A stretch of 34,824 bases of DNA from Escherichia phage vB_EcoM-720R8. This document shows, one piece after another, positions 1-8,357 of the stretch. A program made the position numbers and the translations under genes. The notes under the pieces were generated by a model that saw only the letters and a list, made by a program, of their open reading frames with translations, ran no database searches and was not told the DNA's origin. The DNA lies in sequence record ON470606. The stretch is one strand, 5' to 3'. Numbering within the stretch: the stretch's first letter is position 1; each line of letters begins with the position of its first letter.

Positions 1-27
1 AATCTCCCTTACACGGGCTTATTTTTT
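1..27. repeat. attL core (27 bp, AATCTCCCTTACACGGGCTTATTTTTT); matches the P2 att core as I recall it and probably also the 3' terminator end of the host sRNA gene cyaR, truncated by the window edge
   Basis: Exact 27-bp (28 with the following A) direct repeat of 31977..32003; is the reverse complement of the recalled P2 core AAAAAATAAGCCCGTGTAAGGGAGATT. Confidence 0.8.
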
Positions 28-91
28 ACGCGTAATACAATGAAATAAAAGGATTTATTTCTGGTCACGTCCACACATTGACCACATCGAC

Positions 92-117
92 AAAAAAGCC
101 CCTCGACTGAGGGGCTT
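92..117 (-). terminator. Rho-independent terminator downstream of ogr
   Basis: On the minus strand a GC-rich stem (GCCCCTC / GAGGGGC, 4-nt loop) is followed by TTTTTT; lies just 3' of the ogr stop at 129. Confidence 0.55.
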
Positions 118-128
118 CCTGTTTGTAA

Positions 129-347
129 TTACATCCACATAATTTGCTGCCCTGACGGCAACGGGTGCGGTCTTACGGCGTGGACTTCTCCCGGCTTCAC
201 GATGTATCGCTGTACCGACTCATAAGTGATGAACGTGGCGCTGCAATTCACGTTCTGACACTGGTGATAACGCTCTTTTGTCGTGTCAGTGATATAGCGG
301 CTTGTACGCGCATGTGCGGCATGCTGGCATAAAGGACAATGAAACAT
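129..347 (-). CDS. ogr: Ogr, zinc-finger late-gene transcription activator
   Basis: 72-aa product beginning MFHCPLCQHAAHARTSRYITDT with a CxxC...CxxxxC motif; ATG at 345..347. The ORF-track entry 129..410 starts 21 codons upstream; I chose the internal ATG to match Ogr length. Confidence 0.9.
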   Translation of the reverse strand: MFHCPLCQHAAHARTSRYITDTTKERYHQCQNVNCSATFITYESVQRYIVKPGEVHAVRPHPLPSGQQIMWM

Positions 348-428
348 CGCGAGCACCTCTTCCGGTTTTGTTGATGGTGCCATTTTAGTTAATTTATCCT
401 TATAAAACAAACAGATAAAATAAAAACA

Positions 429-1592
429 TCACTCATTATCTTCTGTTTCGTACTCCACATCAGAAAGCCTGACCTCAAGCTCTAAGGACGTCGTGAAGCC
501 GCTATTATTCAGAAAATGTGTCACCTTAGTGATTGTCCAGTCCTGCTCGTCTATGACGCGCTTAAAGCCTGACACTCTGACCGGTGTTTCCGTGTAAATA
601 TCTGCCCGACCGGTAGCCAGGCTGATGGAGAACTCCGCTACGCCCCGTTGCAGTTTATCCCACTTCGCCTGAGCGGCGCGCATGGCCTGCGCTTTCGTGG
701 CATATACCGTAGTCAGGGCAAAAACGTTATCAGCCTCACCGGCCATGTATTCACCTTCGCGCGCTTCCGGTACTTTAGGCGCTTTCTTCTGCCTGACCGG
801 TTTCGCTTTCGGGTGCTCCAGTGCGCGCAGGTGTTTTTCTTTCTTTTTGCGTTTCAGTTTTACCTTCTGCTTTTGCGGCTTCGGGTCTTTGGTGTGTAAC
901 CACTTTGCCGTTACGCCGGTGTAAGCTCCACGGTCAGCAATCGCAAAATGATGACGGTCGCCGTCGCTGCGGGTGATGGTAATCTGCGGGATTTTTTTAC
1001 CGCTGGCCGTCACCCCCTGCCCCGCTTTGAGAAACAGCAGTTTTCCCATTTTTACCGACACCTCACCGCCGTTGCGTTCAGCAAGACGGGTCAGGAATTT
1101 CGCATCAGACTCCTGCGACTGGTCGATGTGCGGGACTTTAATTCCGGCCAGTGACGGAGCGACACTGGCCTCCAGCTTGTTACGGGAGGCTATCGCCTCA
1201 ACAATCGCACCGAGTGTGGTGTCATGCCAGGAGCCTTCCCGGCGGGAATTGAGCGTCCCGCGAAAATCTGCACTCCGGGCGCGGATGGTGACCACATCCG
1301 GCGCGCCCCGGTGTTCTACCTCATCAACGGTGAATTTCCCTTTGCATACCAGGGCAAAACCTTTCCAGCCGATATACACCGTCAGGACAGCGCCACGAAC
1401 CGGCAGCCCGACCTGCCCGTCGGCATCGTTCAGTTCAATATCAAGCTGGTCAGCCTCAAAGCCCCGGCTATCCGTCAGGGTCATACTCATCAGACGGTCG
1501 CTGATATTGCCGGTAATATCCCTGCTGTCGAGCATCAGCATGTAATCCGGCGTCAGCGTACTGCCTGCATCAAATGTCAGTGCATCCAGCAT
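429..1592 (-). CDS. D: Tail protein D (late control gene D)
   Basis: 387-aa ORF, ATG start, stop overlapping the U stop region; position and size match P2 gpD. Confidence 0.85.
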   Translation of the reverse strand: MLDALTFDAGSTLTPDYMLMLDSRDITGNISDRLMSMTLTDSRGFEADQLDIELNDADGQVGLPVRGAVLTVYIGWKGFALVCKGKFTVDEVEHRGAPDVVTIRARSADFRGTLNSRREGSWHDTTLGAIVEAIASRNKLEASVAPSLAGIKVPHIDQSQESDAKFLTRLAERNGGEVSVKMGKLLFLKAGQGVTASGKKIPQITITRSDGDRHHFAIADRGAYTGVTAKWLHTKDPKPQKQKVKLKRKKKEKHLRALEHPKAKPVRQKKAPKVPEAREGEYMAGEADNVFALTTVYATKAQAMRAAQAKWDKLQRGVAEFSISLATGRADIYTETPVRVSGFKRVIDEQDWTITKVTHFLNNSGFTTSLELEVRLSDVEYETEDNE

Positions 1593-2083
1593 TATCCCGC
1601 CCCCGTCATACCCGTGAATTTAGTCGCCATACTGCCAGCCTTACCGATGAGCGATTCCGCCTGTTTACCGATATCGCCATAAAGCGCGGCCAGTGATTCA
1701 TCAACGCGGGTGAGCGACAGCGTAAAATCAATTTTTCGGGGTGTGCCGTCTGCAAAGAAAATACTCCCTGTTTCACTCACCCTGCTGATGACATACATGC
1801 CGTAAATCATGCCGGTGCCATCCAGCAACGGCCACGCCCGGCCTTCCTCTGCCATCAGCCTGAGCGTGGTCATCGTCAGCTTGCCGCCGGTCAGTTCGGG
1901 ATAAAGCACACCGGCAAGCGTGATGTTTTCCTCACCCACACCGAGAAACTGAAAAGNNNNNNNNNNNNNNTCCCGTTTACCGATACGGGAATTTGACGGC
2001 CAGCGATAATCTGATTCACGCTGCATGGTCTGGTGTGGCAGCGTCTGGCGCATAAAAACAAACATACCTAACGCGAGCATCAT
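1592..2083 (-). CDS. U: Tail protein U (contains a 14-N gap at 1957..1970)
   Basis: 163-aa ORF directly downstream of T, ATG start at 2081..2083; open across the N-run so exact length is uncertain. Confidence 0.75.
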   Translation of the reverse strand: MMLALGMFVFMRQTLPHQTMQRESDYRWPSNSRIGKRXXXXXXFQFLGVGEENITLAGVLYPELTGGKLTMTTLRLMAEEGRAWPLLDGTGMIYGMYVISRVSETGSIFFADGTPRKIDFTLSLTRVDESLAALYGDIGKQAESLIGKAGSMATKFTGMTGAG

Positions 2084-2097
2084 TTTTCGTCACCTCC

Positions 2098-4545
2098 TTA
2101 ACCGTCATGCATCATGCTGGCACGGGCGCGCGCACGTTTATCCCGCTCGTATTTTTCGAGCGCATCCTGTAACTGGCGGTCGAGCTGTGTCCCCGGCGCA
2201 GTACCACCCGTCAGGCTGATGTGATATTCGTTTTTACTCTGGTCTACATAAGAGCGGCCAGCCGGTGCCGTGACCGGCTGATAAGCCTGATAACCTGCAT
2301 AAGAGCTGGTCGCCGGAATATAACCACCGCTGCCATACGTGGCGGCTTGAGTTCTGGCGGCGGTCTGGTCAAGTGTGTCTGACTCTTTGTTGATAACACC
2401 GAGTTTTTCCAGTACCCAGTCAATACCACTGCGCAGTTTGTTGAACGCATTAAGCGGCAGCATCAGCGCGTCAGCCAGTGCCTGCCCGAACATGACGCCC
2501 GTGTCACGGCAACGGTTCAGGGTGTCCTGGGTGGCTTTGACCGGGGCAATCAGGTTTTTAAACCACTGCCACGCGGCCTGTAACTTTTCACCCAGCCAGT
2601 CAAACACCGGTTTAAGTGGCGTGAACAGTTCCCCCACCGGCGCAAATGCCGCTTTCAGCCCTTCCACCACACCGCCAAAGAATGCGCTGACAGGCTCCCA
2701 GTATTTACGGATAAGCAACGCCCCGGCGACAATGGCGGCCACCACGGCCACAACCGGCCAGCTAATCGCCCCGATGGCGGTTATAACAGCACTGCCAACC
2801 GTCGTGAAGATTGCCCCCATTGCGCCTGCTGCCGCGATGATGGCATTGATGCCGGTGATAACCGGCCAGGCTACAAGACCAATGGCACCGATGACACCAA
2901 TCAGTGCCAGTGCACCACCGACAATGATGCCGATGGTTGACGCCAGTGATTTGTTTTTCTGGATCCAGCCGTCGAGTTTTAACACATACTTTGTGGCCGT
3001 CTGCGTGAGATTACGCAGTGCGCCTTCCTGCTGGTCAAACAGGTCAGTCCCCACCGCCTCATAAGCGGACTGAAACTCCTTAAAGTCACCGCCGAGGTTG
3101 TCCTGCATGATATTTACCAGCTCTGCGGTCTTCCCGTCTGAGGCTTTAAACGCAGCGGTCAGTTTGTCCAGCTTTCCGGTTGAGGCGGCAGTCATCAGCA
3201 CAGCGGCGGCTGAGCTGGCCTCCTCCCCGAAAATGGTTTTCATGTATTCAGCCTGCTGGGCAGTACCGAGCCGGTTTTTCTCAAAACTGGCCTGCATTTC
3301 TTTCAGAATGGTAAATATTGGCCGGGTGTTTCCCTTGCTGTCTGAGGTTTTCACTCCAAGCTCTTTGAGTGCATCCCATGCTTTTCCCGTCGGTGCCTGC
3401 AGGCGGCTTAACACGGCACGGCTTCCCGTCCCCGCCATTGAGCCTGTGATTTTTGCATCATGCAGCGCCCCGACCATTGCGGCGGTTTCTTCAATGCTGA
3501 CACCGGCATTTTTTGCCACAGGTGCGGCATAGGTCAGCGCATCGCTCATGCCGTCAAAATCGGCGGCGGTTTTGTTCATCGTCATGGAGAGAACATCCCC
3601 GATATGAGCGACCTTATCGTTTGAAAGCTGAAAGGCGGATTTCATCCCCATCAGCAGGGCGGCGTTTTCTTCCATCGTGCGGCGGTTCGCCAGCGCCATA
3701 TTCAGCGTGACCGGCGTTGCCGCCTGAATGGCATCAACATCTCCACCGGCTTTCGCAATGATAATCTGTGCACCGGCTGCATCATCTGCCGAGGCTGCGG
3801 TATTGTCGCCGAGCTGGCGCGCCTGCTTGCGTAGCGCGGCCATTTCGGCGGAGTCTTTTGCCACTCCTAGCACGGCCTGCAATTCTGAGTTTTTCTGCGC
3901 AAACTCATAACCGGGCATCAGCAGCTTAACTCCGGCCATCGTTCCCGCCGCCGCAATCCCCACACCGGCAGCGCCTACCGAGGCCATATTTCCGGCCAGT
4001 TCCTTTCCGGCCTGATAACGCTGTTTTACTGCGTTAAGTTTTGCCTGTTGCGCACTGACACGCGCCAGCGCGTCACGCTGACGGTTAAGTTGTGCGGTGG
4101 TTTCACTGATACGGTTTTTCAGTCCCTGCTCATCATGTGCAAGATTGCGGGTATTAATTCCCACAACGGCCAGTTCCCGTTGCTGGCGTTTAACGGAATC
4201 CGTCAGGCGGTTATATTTCGCCTGTAAGTCCTCCGCCGCACGCTTTGCGGATTCCAGCACTTTCGCCTGAGCACGGGTCGGACGTTCGGTGTTTTTAAAC
4301 TGTGTGGCAAGGGCTTCGGCTTCCTGCCGTGCCTTTTCAAGTGCATGACCAGTCACGGCGAGCTGTGCACTGGTCTTGCGGAATCCCTCAATACGGGATG
4401 CGTGACCGTTCAGCTCGCGCAGTGATTTTTGTGTTTCCCGGATATCCCCCGACAGCGATTTGCTCGCTGTACGGATGGATTTAAACGGGCGGGATGCCTG
4501 GTCAACAGCCCTGAGCAATACCTGTAATTTTACATTGTTACTCAT
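2098..4545 (-). CDS. T: Tail tape measure protein T
   Basis: 815-aa ORF with a coiled-coil-rich N-terminal half and a Gly/Ala-rich hydrophobic middle, directly downstream of E/E'. Confidence 0.9.
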   Translation of the reverse strand: MSNNVKLQVLLRAVDQASRPFKSIRTASKSLSGDIRETQKSLRELNGHASRIEGFRKTSAQLAVTGHALEKARQEAEALATQFKNTERPTRAQAKVLESAKRAAEDLQAKYNRLTDSVKRQQRELAVVGINTRNLAHDEQGLKNRISETTAQLNRQRDALARVSAQQAKLNAVKQRYQAGKELAGNMASVGAAGVGIAAAGTMAGVKLLMPGYEFAQKNSELQAVLGVAKDSAEMAALRKQARQLGDNTAASADDAAGAQIIIAKAGGDVDAIQAATPVTLNMALANRRTMEENAALLMGMKSAFQLSNDKVAHIGDVLSMTMNKTAADFDGMSDALTYAAPVAKNAGVSIEETAAMVGALHDAKITGSMAGTGSRAVLSRLQAPTGKAWDALKELGVKTSDSKGNTRPIFTILKEMQASFEKNRLGTAQQAEYMKTIFGEEASSAAAVLMTAASTGKLDKLTAAFKASDGKTAELVNIMQDNLGGDFKEFQSAYEAVGTDLFDQQEGALRNLTQTATKYVLKLDGWIQKNKSLASTIGIIVGGALALIGVIGAIGLVAWPVITGINAIIAAAGAMGAIFTTVGSAVITAIGAISWPVVAVVAAIVAGALLIRKYWEPVSAFFGGVVEGLKAAFAPVGELFTPLKPVFDWLGEKLQAAWQWFKNLIAPVKATQDTLNRCRDTGVMFGQALADALMLPLNAFNKLRSGIDWVLEKLGVINKESDTLDQTAARTQAATYGSGGYIPATSSYAGYQAYQPVTAPAGRSYVDQSKNEYHISLTGGTAPGTQLDRQLQDALEKYERDKRARARASMMHDG

Positions 4546-4965
4546 TCGTGTTTCCGCTTCGCCGGAGCGCCTTTTCGCGCCATGTGATGAGTTCGGTCAG
4601 GCTCATGGGATACAGTTCTGATGGCGGCCAGTGAAATATCACTGCCACATCTGCCATCAGGTCATCGACCGACAGATTTTTCGGAAACGTCACTGCACCG
4701 AGTTCGGAGACAAAAAACCGACCACCTTACCGGCCAGCGCCACAAGGTCAGGCAGTTCCAGCGCGGCGACCTCCTGCTCGGTCAGCATCGGTGCCGTCAT
4801 GCGCGGCAGCACCTTAATCAGTGCATCGACTTCGGAGTTTGCGACCGCAGCCAGACTGACACCGCGCAGCGTCCCGGCATTAGGTTTCATCAGCGTGACC
4901 TGTTCGATAACCTGCTCACCACGCTTGACCGGATTGTCCAGGGTAATCACATTTTCTTTGTTCAT
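4538..4965 (-). CDS. E+E': Tail assembly chaperone E+E' (142 aa) made by a programmed -1 ribosomal frameshift at the T TTT TTG heptamer (plus-strand 4711..4717)
   Basis: I translated the -1 frame by hand from the slippery site: it runs 57 codons to a TAA that overlaps the T start codon, giving 85 + 57 = 142 aa. Confidence 0.75.
4690..4965 (-). CDS. E: Tail assembly chaperone E (zero-frame product, 91 aa)
   Basis: 91-aa ORF, ATG at 4963..4965, ending ...GKVVGFLSPNSVQ; contains the slippery heptamer near its 3' end. Confidence 0.85.
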   Translation of the reverse strand: MNKENVITLDNPVKRGEQVIEQVTLMKPNAGTLRGVSLAAVANSEVDALIKVLPRMTAPMLTEQEVAALELPDLVALAGKVVGFLSPNSVQ

Positions 4966-5021
4966 GGTTTTCTCACTTCTGAATCGGGGTTAACCGGTCA
5001 GCCAGGCTGACCGGATGAAAA

Positions 5022-5540
5022 TCACAGGCCGATATTGCGGCGGTGTTGCTCCAGCCGGTCGACGCCGTTCACCTTCTCAATCATGTTGATGGTGTCGATT
5101 TCGACCAGCTCCTTACCGTCCATCGTCAGCCGGAAATAGGTGCAGACCACGGAGATTTTCGACTCGGTGTCTTCTCCCTGTTTACCCTCGCCGGTGTCGA
5201 TTTCTTTCTGACGTCCACGCATGACCACTTCGACGGCCACCGTTTCGCCGGTATCGTCGCGCTGGTAAGAGCCTGCAAAACGAATCGGCACGGCATCCAC
5301 ACCGGTTGCGGCGTAAAGCTCCCAGATAACCGAATCCGGGAAGCCACCGAGCGACCACTCCATTGACAGCGCATCGTCATCAAGGCCGAGGTCTACCGGT
5401 GCGCTGCCGTTCATCCCCGCACCGCGATAGTTTTCGAGCTTACGGGTCAGTTTTGGCAGCGTGACGGACTTTGCAACGCCCTGATAGCTGTAGCCGTTCA
5501 GAAAGACGTTCATTAACTTGAGTTTGCGCGGCATTGCCAT
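5022..5540 (-). CDS. FII: Tail tube protein FII
   Basis: 172-aa ORF beginning MAMPRKLKLMNVFLNGYSYQG, immediately downstream of FI. Confidence 0.9.
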   Translation of the reverse strand: MAMPRKLKLMNVFLNGYSYQGVAKSVTLPKLTRKLENYRGAGMNGSAPVDLGLDDDALSMEWSLGGFPDSVIWELYAATGVDAVPIRFAGSYQRDDTGETVAVEVVMRGRQKEIDTGEGKQGEDTESKISVVCTYFRLTMDGKELVEIDTINMIEKVNGVDRLEQHRRNIGL

Positions 5541-5552
5541 CGGTCAGGCTCC

Positions 5553-6743
5553 TTAATTGCTGTTAACCGAGGTGACCAGACTTGCCAGGTATCTTGAAGT
5601 AATACGCTGGCGCAGGGTCAGGTTTTCGAGAGGAGGCACCGGTGTATAGTCGTAGTCGATATACAGTTTTCCGGCCTTGAGGGTTTCCGCATCGTTGGCT
5701 TCTTCACTGAACCAGCATGTGCCATCCACGATATAACCGTTGTTTTTCAGTTCGCGGAATTTGGCATTGATGCCATCAATGATGTCGCGAATCAGCGTTG
5801 CGGTGATGGGCTTATCAATAGCCCACATGTGCGCCTCAGCCATCGTGTCGGCCAGTACCTGCGCGGTACGTGTGTAGCTTTCAAAGAGGAAAAGTGGGTC
5901 ATCGGAGCAGGTACGGTTACCCCAGAAACGGAAACCGTCGCGGCGAACCAGCGTTGTGACGCCTGCCTCGTTCAGCAGGTCAGCATCAGTGCCAGACTTC
6001 TGCAAATCCCAGAATACAGATGCGCTGATGCCGGTAACACCGTTTACCCCGACGTTGGACAGCGTTTTATGCCAGCCCTGCTCCTGGTCGATTTTGGCAC
6101 GCAGCCCCAGCGCACGGGCGGTGGCATACGCGGTGGCGGTGGTACTGGTGACCGTATCCCATGCAAGGAAATCCGGCCAGATGACCATCAGCTCACGCTG
6201 ACTGAAATTCTGACGGTAGGCTTTTGCCTCGGAAATGGTTTTACAGCCCCATGCGCTGATATACCCGAAGGCATTCAGTTCCTGGCATACCGATGCCAGT
6301 GCAACCGCCACCTCTTTGGTGTCCAGTCCCGGTACGCCGAGAATGCGCGGTTTAACGCCGGTAACCGACTCTGCGCCCATCAGGGCTTTCAGTCCGGTGT
6401 ACTGACCGTTTTCGTCAGTGGTGCCGATGATATTGGAAACGGTCTGCGCGAGTTTCGTTTCTTCGTCGTCGCCGGTGCCGTCTTCCACGCGCACGACAAC
6501 GGTGACCGGTTTTGACTGGTCAGCGATGGCCTGCAACGATGCCGCCAGCGTGCCTTTTTTACCGGCCTTTGCAATCGCGCTCTGCACATTGGTGATCAGC
6601 ACCGGTTTATTGACGGGGAAGGTTTCCGCATCCGCATCGCTGGCCGTGCAGACCATGCCAACAATGGCGGTGGATACGGTGGAAATGACGCGGGTGCCGT
6701 CGTTAATCTCCAGCACCTGCACGCCGTGATGATAGTCACTCAT
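5553..6743 (-). CDS. FI: Contractile tail sheath protein FI
   Basis: 396-aa ORF, ATG at 6741..6743, first gene of the FI-FII-E-T-U-D block. Confidence 0.9.
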   Translation of the reverse strand: MSDYHHGVQVLEINDGTRVISTVSTAIVGMVCTASDADAETFPVNKPVLITNVQSAIAKAGKKGTLAASLQAIADQSKPVTVVVRVEDGTGDDEETKLAQTVSNIIGTTDENGQYTGLKALMGAESVTGVKPRILGVPGLDTKEVAVALASVCQELNAFGYISAWGCKTISEAKAYRQNFSQRELMVIWPDFLAWDTVTSTTATAYATARALGLRAKIDQEQGWHKTLSNVGVNGVTGISASVFWDLQKSGTDADLLNEAGVTTLVRRDGFRFWGNRTCSDDPLFLFESYTRTAQVLADTMAEAHMWAIDKPITATLIRDIIDGINAKFRELKNNGYIVDGTCWFSEEANDAETLKAGKLYIDYDYTPVPPLENLTLRQRITSRYLASLVTSVNSN

Positions 6744-6841
6744 CCGTTTAACTCCGTGGTTAATGGGTGCAACTATTTTCTGTTGTGCAGAGCATGAGAC
6801 GCTATTTGACCTGGCTGGTCAGTGGATGAAACAACAGATAC

Positions 6842-6864
6842 AAAAAAGCGGGCAATTCGCCCGC
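6842..6864 (-). terminator. Rho-independent terminator separating the upstream tail-fibre/cargo transcript from the FI operon
   Basis: Minus strand reads GGGCG-AATT-GCCCGC followed by TTTTTT (plus-strand A-run 6842..6847). Confidence 0.6.
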
Positions 6865-6886
6865 CAGTCCTTCCACGGTGACGTGT

Positions 6887-6927
6887 TCATACTCAAATCT
6901 CCTGCAATGTGAGAGATTTGAGTATGA
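6887..6927. repeat. 41-bp perfect inverted repeat (15-bp arms TCATACTCAAATCTC / GAGATTTGAGTATGA, 11-bp spacer)
   Basis: Read directly; lies between the cargo gene stop (7018) and the terminator at 6842..6864. Confidence 0.9.
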
Positions 6928-7017
6928 TTGACCCTAATGAGCGATAAGCGAACATTTTCCTCCAGTCTGGTACAGATATAAAATTACATGGTGCAGTTAA
7001 CACTGATACTTACAGTG

Positions 7018-8139
7018 TTAACTTGGTAATAAAGATTGCCACCACTTATTCAAAATGGAATGGGTCATAAAGTTGAATGTATTTAAATTAATTGGCACAT
7101 CTTCATTCAACCACGTTCCACCTAAGGTTGAACATGCTCTCGCTCGTTCAGCAATATACCCATCCCATACTTCAGGATAGGAACACATCGGCTCAGGAAA
7201 TGGTTGTCCTCCATGCAATGCCTTAGAACGGTAGTTATATATTTTTTTAAAAGTTGTTGATAGCGATTCTTTTCCCCAATCAATTCTTCCTACTTTTGGC
7301 CTCACTTGAGGTTCATCTGGAAGGAAATACAGGCAGAAATCCACAAACTTCTTTGTCGCCCCAAATGAATCTTTAAACTCATTAGCAATAATAGAGATTA
7401 AATGTCTAAATTCATTGGTATCTAATTTTTCATATAATTCAGGCTTGGCATGTTTAAATCTTTCTTCTTTAGACGCATTGGATTTTGCCCATTGATTAGC
7501 CGCACATTCTAGGGCTGACACCATCAATAGCCAACTCATATTTGGAGATGACTCGCATATCCATAATGCATTTTGATAGCTTCTGGCTGCTCTAATTAAA
7601 TGGTTGAAATTCTTTTCACTTAAGAGATGTAAATTGTTAAGCTCTTTAAGGTTAGTTATATCAATTTCTTTGATAGCATTAGGAACTATAGGTTTGTTAT
7701 GTTTAAACTCTAAAACGGGAGGAAAAGAACTCTCCGCTTGGATCCTTCCGAAATCACCTGTGTAGTAATCATAGTGACGAGTAATTGACCCAGCATGAAA
7801 ACGGACACCAAGCAGTAAACTTGAAAGCGCAGCTATTTCATCATTATACCATCCACCATGATAATCCTTTGTATGACTCTGAGAACTAGAAAGAATCATA
7901 TTATTTAAGTCACTATACCACTTTGTGCGCACTGTAATTGAAGATGCAACGGTGGATTGTTTGGTTATCCTGGGTAGCATATTCAGAAAACAATAAACTG
8001 AATCATCATCAACCGCCCCAATTGGTTGACTATCTGAATAGAGAGAAAACTCAGTAATAGACCGTAAGTTACTTCCTTGATGTGCCATCTTTAAGTTTTT
8101 GTAAGACAGTAGACTTGCATACATATGATTATTGGGCAT
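7018..8139 (-). CDS. Hypothetical protein, AT-rich accessory (moron) gene at the P2 Z/fun hotspot between G and FI; candidate anti-phage or exclusion function
   Basis: Long uninterrupted ORF in a visibly AT-rich segment flanked by GC-richer phage genes; same orientation as the late genes. The ORF track starts at a GTG (8145); the first ATG is at 8139. No motif I recognise. Confidence 0.6.
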   Translation of the reverse strand: MPNNHMYASLLSYKNLKMAHQGSNLRSITEFSLYSDSQPIGAVDDDSVYCFLNMLPRITKQSTVASSITVRTKWYSDLNNMILSSSQSHTKDYHGGWYNDEIAALSSLLLGVRFHAGSITRHYDYYTGDFGRIQAESSFPPVLEFKHNKPIVPNAIKEIDITNLKELNNLHLLSEKNFNHLIRAARSYQNALWICESSPNMSWLLMVSALECAANQWAKSNASKEERFKHAKPELYEKLDTNEFRHLISIIANEFKDSFGATKKFVDFCLYFLPDEPQVRPKVGRIDWGKESLSTTFKKIYNYRSKALHGGQPFPEPMCSYPEVWDGYIAERARACSTLGGTWLNEDVPINLNTFNFMTHSILNKWWQSLLPS

Positions 8140-8357
8140 TTTCACTAGATAAAATTTTAGTAGATAGTAGGAGAGAATCTAAAGGATTGTGTTTATAAAC
8201 GCAAACAGTTGAGGACTCATTCCCCACAAGTGAGCAGCTCCCCACAGATTTATGCAGATAGATGGCAACAATGTCCGCTCCTAGCACAGAGCGGACTGTC
8301 AGATTAGGCTTTACTCTGTGCCATAGATATGTAAGCTCCCACCAGAGCTCATACAAC

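Noticed and set aside
648-1682. Plus-strand ORFs (648..899, 682..924, 948..1154, 973..1545, 1224..1682) antisense to D
   Set aside because: They lie entirely inside the well-supported minus-strand D gene, have no ribosome-binding sites I can see, and have low-complexity translations typical of antisense frames in GC-rich DNA.
2244-4484. Several ORFs of 60-229 aa on both strands inside the T gene
   Set aside because: They overlap the 815-aa tape measure ORF; Ala/Ser/Pro-rich translations are the usual by-product of alternative frames in a GC-rich gene.
5829-6515. 228-aa plus-strand ORF antisense to FI
   Set aside because: Fully embedded in the tail sheath gene on the opposite strand; no independent support.
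7018-8139. Walker-A-like string GRIDWGKE in the Z-locus protein
   Set aside because: The residue after GK is Glu rather than Ser/Thr and there is no accompanying Walker B; treated as coincidental.
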